DNA of 64,000 nt. Source: Methanobacteriota archaeon (GTDB lineage: Archaea; Halobacteriota; Bog-38; Methanoflorentales; Methanoflorentaceae). Under the pieces are notes generated by a model that saw nothing but the letters and a program-made list of their open reading frames with translations, did not search any database and was not told the origin of the DNA. The DNA lies in assembly GCA_963719035.1 (NCBI GenBank), contig CAVRAO010000012.1, positions 32,001 through 96,000 on the forward strand, read 5' to 3'. Below are positions 1 to 10,459 of the stretch, one piece after another (position 1 is the stretch's first letter; each line of letters opens with the position of its first letter). Position numbers and translations under genes: made by a program.

Positions 1-193
1 CCGCTGGCTAATAATCTCGGTGATGGTCGCTCTTGCCATTCAGCTCGCCGTCGTTTATGTGCCAGCGCTCCAGTCTGCTTTTCGGACGGTTCCCGTTGCG
101 CCCTCCCAGCTTGCGTACGTTTTTGCCGTGTGTCTTTCGATCTTTGTATTAGAAGAGGTACGTAAGCGATTGATGCCAGTTAAGGCTACGTAG
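1..193 (+). CDS. C-terminus of cation-transporting P-type ATPase (partial, runs off 5' end)
   Basis: Frame from base 2 reads RWLIISVMVALAIQLAVVYVPALQSAFRTVPV...EEVRKRLMPVKAT*, typical of the last TM helices of type II P-type ATPases. Confidence 0.8.
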   Translation, partial: RWLIISVMVALAIQLAVVYVPALQSAFRTVPVAPSQLAYVFAVCLSIFVLEEVRKRLMPVKAT

Positions 194-231
194 TCATCCA
201 TTTTTTGTCAATAAACGACGTAGGAACAGGG

Positions 232-690
232 CTAAGGTCGAGGAGGCCGAACGATCATAACGCACGCGTCTGCGTTACGCATTATTACGGTGAGCGTCCC
301 ACCCAAGAGTCGTCTTGCTGGGGAGAGACTTTTCCTATCTCCGAGCACGACGAGATCGTATATGCCTTCGCGCAATTCGTCCAATATCTCCTCACCAGCT
401 GGGCCCTCCCGAACGATTGCACGTGCGGTAAGGCCATGCTCGCGCATGTATTCGCACAGGGGGAGTAAAAAGATCCTTTTTGCCGCTTCTTTCTCTGAAT
501 CAACGTCTTTGAAGAGTCCTTCTATTCGTTCCAAGTCCTCTCTAAAGATTCTCTTGTAGCTGTCGTAGATGCCATGCTCTTCAAGCACGTACAGGAGCGT
601 ATACTCGATATCCTTCCGAAGCGCATCGACAGCACACTTAAATCCCTCATTCGTGACGGGTGATCCGTCAACGCAGATAAGGACTTTCAT
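232..690 (-). CDS. Universal stress protein (UspA family)
   Basis: MKVLICVDGS start; GPAGEEIL...DLVVLG...LLGG...ADACVMIV USP motifs. Confidence 0.9.
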   Translation of the reverse strand: MKVLICVDGSPVTNEGFKCAVDALRKDIEYTLLYVLEEHGIYDSYKRIFREDLERIEGLFKDVDSEKEAAKRIFLLPLCEYMREHGLTARAIVREGPAGEEILDELREGIYDLVVLGDRKSLSPARRLLGGTLTVIMRNADACVMIVRPPRP

Positions 691-715
691 ATAACCACCA
701 CTGCTAAGCTTTCCA

Positions 716-2023
716 TCAGTAAAACCCCACGAGGTACTTTATGTAGAGGAGGAGATTGCAGAGCACGAGAGCCAGCAACGTCGGCGGAGCTGCAATTTTT
801 ATCCATCTAAGCCACCCCATGCGGGTCCCATGCTTTTCAAGTGAGCTGTAAGCTACGACGTTTGCAGACGCGCCAATGGGCGTCAGATTGCCTCCGATGT
901 CCGTACCTAATGACACCGCCCATACCATCATGGATGTCGCAAGAATTGACGGGACAAACGACATGTCCCGGATGACATAGCTCATGGTTAAAGCGAATGG
1001 CACGTTATCGATCACGCCGCTCGCAAAGCCCGATCCCCACAAGAGCAGGGACATGAGTACTACGTTGTTGCCAGCTGCGAAGCTTACCAATCCGCTGGCA
1101 AACGCTGCTATAACGCCCGTTTTTTCGAGCCCTCCGACGATGATGAAGAGACCGATAAAGAACAGGAGCACGTCATAGTCGACCTTTTTAAGGACCGTTT
1201 CAGTCTCTTGTCCTCCAATGAGCAAGAGGACAAAGGCCGGAATCAACGCGGCGAGGGGAACGGTTATCGGAATATTCCACGCTTCCTGAATGTATTCGTG
1301 AGTGATAAGGAGGACCACGGCCGCTAGAAGTGCGCCAAGGCCGAGGCGGAGCAGCCACTTGTTGGTGATTGAGCGCTCTGGGCGAATCGCAGCAAGCGCA
1401 GAGGTGTCGATCTCAACCGAAGACGTCACGTTTTTTCGCTGCATGAGAAAGAGCACGCCAACTGCGAGCAGCGCAGCGACGACCGCAATAGGACCGTTAT
1501 TTACAGCAAATTCGTTAAAGCCAAATCCGAGTTGCGTGCCGAGAATGACGTTGGGCGGATCGCCGACGAGCGTTGACGAACCACCAATGTTAGCGACGAC
1601 GACCTCGCCGACGACGAGCGGAACCGGGTCAATCTTCAGAATCTTGGCAATCTCTATAGTGAGCGTCGCTAAAAAAAGCATGACGGTGATGCTGTCGACA
1701 AAGGCTGCTAGCAACCCAGCGAGGAGCGGGAACACAATAAGCATCGTCCGGGGGTCGTACTTGAGCTTCTTTGCTACGACGAATGAGAGGTACGAAAAGA
1801 ACCCCGCATCGGACAACACGATAACGATGACGAACATCCCGAGGAGGAGGCCGATCGTCTCCCAGTTGACGTAGTTGATTGCTTCGTTCAGATCTAGGAT
1901 GCCGAGGATGAGTAGGACAATGCTTCCGGCACCGACGATGATTGTTCTGTTGATTTTCTCTGTCGCTAAAATGCCGTACACTATGAGGAACGTCAGAAGG
2001 GCAATGATAGCGGCTGATTCCAT
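716..2023 (-). CDS. ArsB/NhaD (IT superfamily, SLC13-like) permease
   Basis: 435 aa hydrophobic; ANIGGSSTLVGDPPN, IDNVP and GGNLTPIGASANVV motifs. Confidence 0.88.
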   Translation of the reverse strand: MESAAIIALLTFLIVYGILATEKINRTIIVGAGSIVLLILGILDLNEAINYVNWETIGLLLGMFVIVIVLSDAGFFSYLSFVVAKKLKYDPRTMLIVFPLLAGLLAAFVDSITVMLFLATLTIEIAKILKIDPVPLVVGEVVVANIGGSSTLVGDPPNVILGTQLGFGFNEFAVNNGPIAVVAALLAVGVLFLMQRKNVTSSVEIDTSALAAIRPERSITNKWLLRLGLGALLAAVVLLITHEYIQEAWNIPITVPLAALIPAFVLLLIGGQETETVLKKVDYDVLLFFIGLFIIVGGLEKTGVIAAFASGLVSFAAGNNVVLMSLLLWGSGFASGVIDNVPFALTMSYVIRDMSFVPSILATSMMVWAVSLGTDIGGNLTPIGASANVVAYSSLEKHGTRMGWLRWIKIAAPPTLLALVLCNLLLYIKYLVGFY

Positions 2024-2524
2024 CGGGGATTCACAGCTCCGTTGCAGAAGCGGCTTTTATGAGCGTAAATAGCCAAAGAAGATTCTTTAAGATATAGGTT
2101 TCACATTGATCCATTTTCTAGGATCAAGCGGACAGAGGAATATTTCGTGCGGATTTTAATGTTTAGATGGCAAAACAACATCTGATTGACAAAGTAAGGG
2201 CTTGTTTAATTTTTTTAACAAAAAATAGCGGGGATTTACTATAACACCGCATCAAGAAGGCGGAGGTCAATATAAGCTCACCCCAGTTTGCATCTGAGGT
2301 TGTTTCTGTGGAGCGCTTTAATCCTCCTCGCTGCTTTATTGAGCACGAGGGGGGAAAATCTCGGGCGGTCGTCTATTATCGTCAAGCCACAACCGAGCTA
2401 AGCTGATTTTAGCGTAAGCAGCCGACCAGCAACGGCATGCTCTGCGTGTCGCGCCACTTTCACTGGGAGTACATTTATACTAATTGACATACATGATACG
2501 CGCTCACTCGAAGGGGATAACCGC

Positions 2525-3289
2525 GTGAAAATTAGCTGGCGAGTGTATTTCGGGGCTTTGTTGGTTGCGATCTCGGCACTTCTCTATTTGGTTCATTATT
2601 ATGAATTTCGCGACCTCCATCACCTCGCAATCTACGGACTTGGTGATCTTGCCTTTCTGCCGATCGAAGTACTTCTCGTCGTCCTTGTAGTTGACTGGGC
2701 AATCAACGAGCAAGAAAAGCGGAGTCAACTTACCAAACTTAACATGGTGATCGGCATCTACTTCAGTGAGGTCGGCACCGCGCTGCTGAAAGCGTTTTCA
2801 AACTTTGACCCGAATATCGAAAGTATACGCGATGAGCTTTTAGTGAAGGACAGATGGACCACTCGCGACTTCAGCGAGGCGAGCGTACGTCTGAAAAAGC
2901 ACAAATATAAGCTCGTTTACGAAAAGGACGACCCAAAAGCAATGAAGTTTCTAGAGAATCTGCGCAGGTTCCTCATCTCAGAGCGGGCGTTTTTGCTCCG
3001 CCTCCTCGAAAATCCGAACCTCCTCGAACAAGAAACCTTCACCGATCAGCTTTGGGCGGTCTTCCATCTCGCCGATGAACTCCAGTACCGATCAGATCTC
3101 GTTCACCTGCCCGATAGCGATTACCGACACCTCGCTGTAGACGCGGGACGAGCGTATAGCGCGCTCACCTCCGAGTGGCTCAGGTATATGGCGCACCTGT
3201 TGAAGCGATATCCGTACCTCTTCTCCCTAGCGTTGCGCACAAATCCATTCGACGTGTCTGCTTCGCCCATAATCAACGACGCAGGCTAA
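2525..3289 (+). CDS. Conserved hypothetical protein with N-terminal membrane anchor
   Basis: 254 aa ORF, two N-terminal TM segments followed by a soluble domain (LLENPNLLE, YPYLFSLALRTNPFD). Confidence 0.75.
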   Translation: MKISWRVYFGALLVAISALLYLVHYYEFRDLHHLAIYGLGDLAFLPIEVLLVVLVVDWAINEQEKRSQLTKLNMVIGIYFSEVGTALLKAFSNFDPNIESIRDELLVKDRWTTRDFSEASVRLKKHKYKLVYEKDDPKAMKFLENLRRFLISERAFLLRLLENPNLLEQETFTDQLWAVFHLADELQYRSDLVHLPDSDYRHLAVDAGRAYSALTSEWLRYMAHLLKRYPYLFSLALRTNPFDVSASPIINDAG

Positions 3290-3551
3290 TTCCCTGCAGC
3301 AACGGCTCGATCCGCTACACAGCCCTTTTGTAGACAGTGCGGTGCAGAACTCGAAAAAAGCGGCACGTACTTGAGCAGCCGCTAAGAGGTATGATCCCGT
3401 ATCATCACTAGCTATCTTAACTTAACATAAACCCTCCAAGTCGATTAACACAGTTAGTTAGGCATAAAAAGTCAAATAGCCCCCCTATTAAGATGTCGCC
3501 AAAAGCGATGAACGAAAAAACATTAAGCGCGCAAGGTCCCTAGTTCTTCCT

Positions 3552-4196
3552 ATGAATTACAAAGACGTTGCGGGTGCGCTGCTGCTCATCGCAGGTATCG
3601 TCGCAATAATGGGAATAATTACCACTGAAGCAACATATCCTGGCTATAGCACAGCAAAGAATGATATTAGCGATTTGGGAGCAACAAGACCGCCCAATAG
3701 CATAATCAAACAGCCCGCTGCGACTATCTTTAGTGCGACGCTCGTCGTAGTAGGCCTGCTTATGACAGGTGGTGCTCTTTGCACCTATCGCGCTTATGGA
3801 CAAAGCAGGTCGTCGGGGCTTCTCGCACTCTTTCTTGGGCTCTTTGGCGTCGGCGCGATAGGAGTAGCGCTCTTTAACGGAAGCACCGATGCGAGCCTTG
3901 TTGCCCACACGCTGTTCGCGCTGCGCACCTTCATAGCGGGGGCGGTCGCCGCTATCGTGGCCTTTGCAGTGGTACGTTCACCATTTCGCTACATTTCTGT
4001 GGTACTGGGTGTCATCGCATTAGCAGGTCTCGTGCTGGTCATCATCGTCGGGGATGCCAACCCCGTCTTTTCGGCTATTGGCAATGGAGGAGCAGAGCGA
4101 TGGATCGTTTATCCATCTGTTCTCTGGGTCATAGGATTTGGCGGTTACTTGATGGGGCTCCCGCTCCCGCGGAATGAGCACGTTAAGGCGACGTAG
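3552..4196 (+). CDS. DUF998 family membrane protein
   Basis: YPGYS...ISDLGA, conserved His, GGAERWIVYP motifs. Confidence 0.85.
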   Translation: MNYKDVAGALLLIAGIVAIMGIITTEATYPGYSTAKNDISDLGATRPPNSIIKQPAATIFSATLVVVGLLMTGGALCTYRAYGQSRSSGLLALFLGLFGVGAIGVALFNGSTDASLVAHTLFALRTFIAGAVAAIVAFAVVRSPFRYISVVLGVIALAGLVLVIIVGDANPVFSAIGNGGAERWIVYPSVLWVIGFGGYLMGLPLPRNEHVKAT

Positions 4197-4296
4197 ACCT
4201 TTCGTCAAGCAGTACATCGTTTGGGGCACAAAATCAGCGGAGCTGGCTTCATACCCCATCATCGGATTTATCAAAAAGCCACTTTCGCAGCTTTTT

Positions 4297-5577
4297 TTAA
4301 TTCTTTTTCTGTAAGGTCAGGTACGAAATGCCCAGCGTAATAGCCAGCAGGGCTGACCCGATGGCCAGCGTATATAAGGTGAGCTGGAAAAGGAAAAACA
4401 CGCAGACGAGCGTCCCCAGTATGGGGGTGACCGGGATTCCCGCCAGACTAACCGGGACACGGAAAGGGCGGTGAAGCTGTGGAGAGTGTAAGCGCAGTGC
4501 GATCACCGCCGCGTTGATCACGAGGAAGGTCACATAGAGGGTGAAGTTCGTAATCTGGGCATCCTCTCGTATGTCGCCTAAGAGAAGGAAGACTAGCGAG
4601 ACGCCGATGACGACTGCGATAGCGATCCCCGGGGTGCGTCGGGTTCGATGCACCGTAGCGAACCGTCCGGGAAGAGAACCGCTCTTCGCCATCCCATAAA
4701 CGAGCCGGGAGGAAGCGATGAGCATAAGGAGCACGGTGTTTGCCGTGGCGAAAAGCGCAATGATGGTGAACAGGGTAGAACCGCCGCTTCCCAGATACGT
4801 ACTGGCAATCTCTGCGAAGGGAGCCGGTGAGGAGGCGAGGCTCATAAAGCCCACCGCGCTCACCGCGGCCACAGCCACCAGCAGATAGAGGACGATGGTA
4901 ATGACCAGGGCGAAGATGAGCCCGCGGGGAATGTTCTTTTCCGGCTCCCGCGTCTCCTCTGAGAGTTTCACCATCTCTTCAAAACCCTGGAACGCAAAGA
5001 AAATCAGGGCGGCCCCGGCAAACACCCCGGAGAGCCCGGATGGCATCTCCAGGTAGTTAACCGAGCCGAGGTGGGGTAACCCAATGGCGATAATCCCTAC
5101 AAGACCCGCTACTTCTATGAGGGTGAGCACGATTGCCACCCTGGTGGACTCACGGATGCCCCAGGCGGTGAGGAAGCCTAGCCCAAGCAGGAGTGCCACT
5201 GCCACCGGAACGAGAGGGAGGCCAGTAAAGGAGGTAAAGTAGCCCGCAAAGCCTAAGGAGACCGTAGCTGCACCCACCACCCCGGAGAGGATCACCATAA
5301 TCCCAATGATGAAGGCGAGCCTTTGGTGGAAGGCATTTGAGACATAGTCGTACTCTGCTCCTGCGGTGGGAAACATCGAGGAAAGTTCCGCGTAAGAAAG
5401 CCCGGTGAACACGGCGATGAGCGCTGCAAATGCAAAGGAAAGCCAGACCGCGTTGCCGGCGAGTCCTGCCGCCTCCCCGATCAGGACATAAATGCCCGCG
5501 CCAAGAATGATTCCCGTCCCGGAGAGGGTCACCTCCAGGAGGCCGAGTTCACGTTTCAGGGGCACCGGTGATTTCAT
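4297..5577 (-). CDS. APC family amino acid permease
   Basis: GIILGAGIY, SYAELSSMFP-AG-EY, FFAFQGFE...EET motifs, about 12 TM. Confidence 0.9.
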   Translation of the reverse strand: MKSPVPLKRELGLLEVTLSGTGIILGAGIYVLIGEAAGLAGNAVWLSFAFAALIAVFTGLSYAELSSMFPTAGAEYDYVSNAFHQRLAFIIGIMVILSGVVGAATVSLGFAGYFTSFTGLPLVPVAVALLLGLGFLTAWGIRESTRVAIVLTLIEVAGLVGIIAIGLPHLGSVNYLEMPSGLSGVFAGAALIFFAFQGFEEMVKLSEETREPEKNIPRGLIFALVITIVLYLLVAVAAVSAVGFMSLASSPAPFAEIASTYLGSGGSTLFTIIALFATANTVLLMLIASSRLVYGMAKSGSLPGRFATVHRTRRTPGIAIAVVIGVSLVFLLLGDIREDAQITNFTLYVTFLVINAAVIALRLHSPQLHRPFRVPVSLAGIPVTPILGTLVCVFFLFQLTLYTLAIGSALLAITLGISYLTLQKKN

Positions 5578-5726
5578 ATGACGTACGCTTTCTTATGCAC
5601 GAGGGAGAGACAAATATCACCCCTCAACCTAACACGGGTCAGGCGGTCATCGCCAGTTTGTCGGTGTTCCAGCTTCGACTGGACTAAAGGAACAAATTAA
5701 TTGTCGATTAAGGTACCTGATACGAG

Positions 5727-6236
5727 TCAGGCCGTTGCAGTCACTGTCGTAGTATTGCGTGCTGCTTCAAATACGAGCTGAGGGTTGCCCAGACTGTCTG
5801 ATAATGTCAACTCGTTATTGCTCATCGCATACGAGGTAACGTTCTTGAGCAACAGTAAATAGGTGGTCTCCTGAATCATTACGCCGTCTGGATCTGCACA
5901 GAACATAAGCGTTGACCCTACCTGCTCGATATTTATCTCTGTTTTATTGAGCTCATAGCTTCCAAAGTAGCGGTTGCACCCGGAAGAGCCCGTGATATTC
6001 CCGTCGTCAAAAATAGCGGTGATTGTCGTATTGGGCAGCGTGTTTTTCACACCTGTTTCGGTCGCAAGCGATGTAAGTTTCCATGTCGTCCCTTTGAGCT
6101 GCAGAGCGGGCGATGTGGTTGATGTCGTTGCGTTTGGCGAAGGCGTCACGTTGCTCGTGCATCCCGCAGCAGCTGCTGTGGAGAGTAACAACATGCTCAT
6201 CAGTAAAACAAGGGAGATTTTTCTCATAATATCCAA
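5727..6236 (-). CDS. META domain lipoprotein (HslJ-like)
   Basis: Lipobox AAGC; GTTWKL, GSSGCNRY, STLMFC META motifs. Confidence 0.88.
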   Translation of the reverse strand: MDIMRKISLVLLMSMLLLSTAAAAGCTSNVTPSPNATTSTTSPALQLKGTTWKLTSLATETGVKNTLPNTTITAIFDDGNITGSSGCNRYFGSYELNKTEINIEQVGSTLMFCADPDGVMIQETTYLLLLKNVTSYAMSNNELTLSDSLGNPQLVFEAARNTTTVTATA

Positions 6237-6342
6237 TTCACCTCAGCAGGGAGCTAGAAGTGGCTTTAGACACGTACGTCATTGCGCAATGTCGATATTC
6301 ACACTTCTATCGGGTATAGAGAAGTTAATATAAACGCTTTTG

Positions 6343-6387
6343 TTTCTGAGTATTCTGATTTATCTGAAAAATATAAATAGGCTGAAG
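6343..6387 (+). promoter_or_regulatory. Putative AbrB-type operator/promoter: three 9-bp-period TTCTGA-like repeats, TATA box, TAGGCTGAA
   Basis: tttctgagt attctgatt tatctgaaa aatataaataggctgaa; same architecture upstream of the second AbrB-arsM pair (22107-22151, minus). Confidence 0.65.
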
Positions 6388-6399
6388 ACCATGTATAAT

Positions 6400-6672
6400 A
6401 TGACTATGCAAAATCAAGCCTCGTATAGTGTGCCTGGTGATTCTGACAAGAATACCTGCAAGGTTGAAGCGGTGGTGAGCGTTGACGAGCGTGGGCAGAT
6501 GGTGTTGCCTAAAGACCTCCGTGACCGTGCCCAGATACGGGCAGGTGACAAACTGGCGGTCGTTAGCTGTGAACGAAACGGTACTATCTGCTGCCTCTCT
6601 CTTATCAAGGTCGAGGAACTGTCTGCAACGGTTAAGGGCTTTTTAGGCCCTATCTTTAAGGATACGCTCTAG
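6400..6672 (+). CDS. AbrB/MazE/SpoVT-fold regulator, HgcC-like (Cys-containing)
   Basis: CKVEAVVSVDERGQMVLPKDLR...GDKL...CCLSLIK; start taken as ATG at 6400 downstream of the TATA box. Confidence 0.85.
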   Translation: MTMQNQASYSVPGDSDKNTCKVEAVVSVDERGQMVLPKDLRDRAQIRAGDKLAVVSCERNGTICCLSLIKVEELSATVKGFLGPIFKDTL

Positions 6673-6689
6673 CAAAGGGGTGAATTGTT

Positions 6690-7517
6690 ATGGAAGAGGA
6701 GAAGATAAAGGGCGCCGTCAGAGACGCCTATGCGAAAGTGGCAAAGAATGAGCCACGCAGCTTCGCTGTGAATAGGTGCTGCGGCGGGAGCAGTATTTTT
6801 GTGCGTGATATAAGCACGGCAGTGGGTTACAAGAAGGAAGAGCTCGACTCAGTGCCAGCGGGGGCCAATCTTGGCCTTGGCTGCGGCAATCCCACGGCAT
6901 TGGCCTCGCTGGAAAAAGGTGACACAGTGCTTGACCTTGGAGCGGGTGCGGGTTTCGATTGTTTCCTTGCTGCCAATATTGTCGGCGTGGACGGAAAGGT
7001 AATAGGCGTTGATATGACTCCTGAAATGGTTGACAAGGCCCGGTCGAATGCGCGTGAAGGCGGCTATAAAAACGTCGATTTTATGCTTGGTGAGCTGGAG
7101 CACCTGCCGGTTGTAGACCATTCAGTAGACGTCCTTATTTCGAACTGTGTGATCAATCTGACGCCTGACAAGGCGGCGGTCTTTAACGAAGCGTTCCGCG
7201 TGCTGAAGTCTAAGGGGCGATTTGCTGTTTCTGATATCGTTTTGCTAAAGGAGCTTCCTGAAGCTGTGAAGCAATCAGTTGCCGCATACGTTGGCTGCCT
7301 TTCAGGGGCAATTATGAAGGATACCTACTTGGAAACTATCCGTGCGGCCGGGTTTGAGGGCGTGCGCATTGTTGATGAGGCTGCGTTCCCACTTGACTGC
7401 ATGGCGAATGATCCTACTGCACAGACGATCGGGAACAGCCTTAACCTGACCCCTGAAGAGTTGGATGATGTTGCAACCGCTGTGAGAAGCATAAAAGTTG
7501 TTGGGGAAAAGCCTTAA
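6690..7517 (+). CDS. arsM: Arsenite S-adenosylmethionine methyltransferase
   Basis: N-terminal [33 protein letters not shown] motifs. Confidence 0.93.
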   Translation: MEEEKIKGAVRDAYAKVAKNEPRSFAVNRCCGGSSIFVRDISTAVGYKKEELDSVPAGANLGLGCGNPTALASLEKGDTVLDLGAGAGFDCFLAANIVGVDGKVIGVDMTPEMVDKARSNAREGGYKNVDFMLGELEHLPVVDHSVDVLISNCVINLTPDKAAVFNEAFRVLKSKGRFAVSDIVLLKELPEAVKQSVAAYVGCLSGAIMKDTYLETIRAAGFEGVRIVDEAAFPLDCMANDPTAQTIGNSLNLTPEELDDVATAVRSIKVVGEKP

Positions 7518-7607
7518 AAGCCCCTGGAAACGGTGCTAGCGCTCGCAAAAGCGCTTGGATGCAACTGACGCTCTTAGCTTTGCCCCTAATAGCAGCTTAA
7601 GCGTGAA

Positions 7608-8792
7608 CTAGGTGGTCGAACGTTGCAAGCTGTAGATGTAGCCGTCAGAAGCACAGAAATAGAGCCCGTCCTTTTGGTCGAGGCCAAAGGACGTAATACG
7701 AACGCCCGTAGCCGCAAGCTCACTGTTGGTGCTGTTCATACCGTCATACCGCAGCGCCCAAATCCGACCTGATCCATAATCTCCGAAGACGTAGGAGCCC
7801 ACTAGCTCAGGGAACGCGGCACCTCGATAAACGAAGCCTCCGGTAACGGAATATCCAAGGGTGCGATTATAGTCCCAGATTGGGAGAGCGAGGCCCGTTT
7901 GATTGCATCCTGACTGAGGAGAATAACAGAGGTTCCCTTCCATAATGTTCCAGCCGTAATTACCGCCACTCTTAACGATATCGATCTCTTCTATCCTATC
8001 TTGACCGACATCTCCAACCCACAGCCGACCTGTCAGTGAATCAAAGCTAAACCGCCACGGATTACGCAAGCCATAGGCGTAAATTTCCTCACGGAACCCT
8101 TGGCTGTTTCCAACGAAAGGATTGTCACGGGGGATGCTGTAGTTTAAGCTGCCAGACGCAGAATTAACGTCGATACGTAAGATCTTGCCAAGCAGCGTCG
8201 AACGATTTTGCCCGTTGCCTGAAGGATCGCCCGCGCCACCACCATCGCCCAACCCGATATAGAGGTACCCGTCTGGTCCAAAAGATATTTGTCCGCCGTT
8301 GTGGTTGGGGAAGGGCTGCTCGACTTGCAGTAAAACCTTTTCGCTGTTTACGTCTGCTTGGTTACCGTTGATTTGGGAAACAGAGAAACGCGAGACGACA
8401 GAGCGTAGCGGATTGTTAGTTGTGTAATACACGTAAAAAAAGCCGCTCTCGTTAAATTGTCGGGGAAACGCCAAGCCCAAAAGGCCAAGCTCTCCGCCGG
8501 AAGTAACACGATCGCTGATGTTTAGAAAGGTACTCGCAGCGTTCGCGCTCTCGTTGTTTTTAAATACCTTTATCACGCCAGCCTGTTCGACGACGAAAAG
8601 CCTATCACTCCGGTCTCCTGCGTTGTAGATCCCAACGGGGTCTCGGAACTGAACGTTGGGAAAGGCGACTTTAACAGTGTACTGATGTGGCGTTTCAGAG
8701 GTTGGAGAGTTCAGAAGGCCTTGGAATACAGAAACGCCTACGATTAAGGCAATTAATGCGATAACGATGAGGGCAGCAATTTTTCGCTTCAT
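7608..8792 (-). CDS. PQQ-dependent glucose/sorbosone dehydrogenase family protein
   Basis: GLLGLAF, NHNGG, GDGG, GLRNPWRFSFD, GGNYGW motifs; N-terminal anchor. Confidence 0.9.
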   Translation of the reverse strand: MKRKIAALIVIALIALIVGVSVFQGLLNSPTSETPHQYTVKVAFPNVQFRDPVGIYNAGDRSDRLFVVEQAGVIKVFKNNESANAASTFLNISDRVTSGGELGLLGLAFPRQFNESGFFYVYYTTNNPLRSVVSRFSVSQINGNQADVNSEKVLLQVEQPFPNHNGGQISFGPDGYLYIGLGDGGGAGDPSGNGQNRSTLLGKILRIDVNSASGSLNYSIPRDNPFVGNSQGFREEIYAYGLRNPWRFSFDSLTGRLWVGDVGQDRIEEIDIVKSGGNYGWNIMEGNLCYSPQSGCNQTGLALPIWDYNRTLGYSVTGGFVYRGAAFPELVGSYVFGDYGSGRIWALRYDGMNSTNSELAATGVRITSFGLDQKDGLYFCASDGYIYSLQRSTT

Positions 8793-9016
8793 TTGAAACG
8801 CCCAACGTCCATTTGTGATTGATCCCGTTCCATTACCAATCGCTTTGAAGCTCTAAATATATTAGTCTAACGGTACAGACGCTCATGTCCAAATTATCTT
8901 ACCGGCGTCTGCGCTGCGTTATTCGCGCGTTTTTAACAGCTTTAAGGCCGTAAGGGGGGGTGTACAGGGAGTTAGCTCTAAATAGGTTCAACCCTTTTTA
9001 TAACAGAGGTATGTGT

Positions 9017-9256
9017 ATGGTTGTCGGAGTTACGCTCGTAAACGTCGTTCCGGGCTTCGAGCGAAGCGTTTTTGACGCGCTCAAGACGATGTCAAGGATC
9101 AGAGAACTTTATCACGTTTTTGGGGAGTACGATTTTTTGGTAATTTTAGAGGTAGAAAGCCTTCCGGTGCTTAGCAAAACGGTTGATGAGATAAGAGCTG
9201 TGGAAGGCGTTACAACCACTCATACCGTCGTTGGCGCGGAACTCCCAGACTCTTAA
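9017..9256 (+). CDS. Stand-alone Lrp/AsnC ligand-binding (RAM) domain protein
   Basis: LVNVVPG...VFGEYDFLV...IRAVEGVTTTHT; no HTH. Confidence 0.85.
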   Translation: MVVGVTLVNVVPGFERSVFDALKTMSRIRELYHVFGEYDFLVILEVESLPVLSKTVDEIRAVEGVTTTHTVVGAELPDS

Positions 9257-9555
9257 CGGACGCTCTTACGTCTGTTGATCCGGTCGAACAACTTAGATAC
9301 TTTCGAATGGACGTATTAACGACCCTTAAGGTCCAAACGAATCAACAGCGTGAAGTCTAGCCCCTCTTAAAGGCAACGTGCTTAAATTTATTGTCAGTCG
9401 TTAATTTCTCGGAACAAGCTGCTTGTCATCAGAACTTAAATAGTTAAATACAAAACAAATCCAAGATGAGAGGATGATGAGCGAAATAACAAGTCCTGGA
9501 CGATTCTGCACAGGGTGCGTACGCTTCAGGTATTCGTAGATAGACGCACTAAAAA

Positions 9556-10284
9556 ATGATCCAACAAGCATTCGGTGCAGGCTTTTTGGCCGCCTCCGCA
9601 CTCCTTCTTGGCAGCCTCATCGTCATACTGCGACCTGTCAAAACACGCACGATCGGCCTAATCATGGCTTTTGGATCAGGGGCTTTGATCAGTTCGGTGG
9701 CTTATGAACTAGTGGCGGAAGCTTACACGACGGCACCCGGCGAGCCAGTAGTGGGATTAGCGTTTTTCCTGGGCGCCTTTACCTTTTATATTGGCGATAT
9801 ACTGATCGAACGCATAGGGGGGGCCAAACGCAAGAGCGCACATGGCGAACAAAGCGAAGCGTCTCTCGGGATCTTGTTGGGGTCGATCTTAGATGGTATC
9901 CCTGAATCATTTGTCCTCGGAATCTCACTTATTGGTGGGGGGGCCCTCAGTCTAGCGTTCTTCGCCGGCGTGTTCTTATCCAACTTGCCGGAAGGGTTAT
10001 CAAGCACTGCTGGCCTTCTAAAGGCGGGATACGACCGCAAATGGATTCTGACGTTGTGGGCCATCATCGTTGTGATCTCAGCGTTCTCAGCGGCGCTCGG
10101 TTATGCGATTTTGAGCGATGTATCCCCATTTGCCGGCGCGGCGCTGCTGACTTTTGCTGGCGGTGCCATTCTTACAATGCTTGCTGATTCTATGATGCCT
10201 GAAGCGTTTAAGGACACCGGTAAACTCGCAGGGCTGTTAACTGCGCTCGGGTTTGCTGTGATCTTCGTTCTAGGGGTTGCTTAG
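9556..10284 (+). CDS. ZIP family metal transporter (ZupT/GufA-like)
   Basis: AFGSGALIS, LDGIPES, SNLPEGLSS, MMPEAF motifs. Confidence 0.85.
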   Translation: MIQQAFGAGFLAASALLLGSLIVILRPVKTRTIGLIMAFGSGALISSVAYELVAEAYTTAPGEPVVGLAFFLGAFTFYIGDILIERIGGAKRKSAHGEQSEASLGILLGSILDGIPESFVLGISLIGGGALSLAFFAGVFLSNLPEGLSSTAGLLKAGYDRKWILTLWAIIVVISAFSAALGYAILSDVSPFAGAALLTFAGGAILTMLADSMMPEAFKDTGKLAGLLTALGFAVIFVLGVA

Positions 10285-10459
10285 GTAGTTTTAGAGTCAG
10301 CGAGGGGGACTTTGAAGCTAGCCTTCTGTTAATGCGTAATGTAAAGGGCGTTTTTGCTGCTGTGCAAACGCGAAGCTCGCAGAGAATTCGGAGATACTAA
10401 ATAGTTACTCCAAACAAGAATATCGCAAGCAATCACCCCCAAACGATCAATAAGCCACT

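Noticed and set aside
716-2023. Calling this gene arsB
   Set aside because: The motifs fit the broad ArsB/NhaD/SLC13 family; it is paired with a USP and has no operator copy, so the substrate is unknown.
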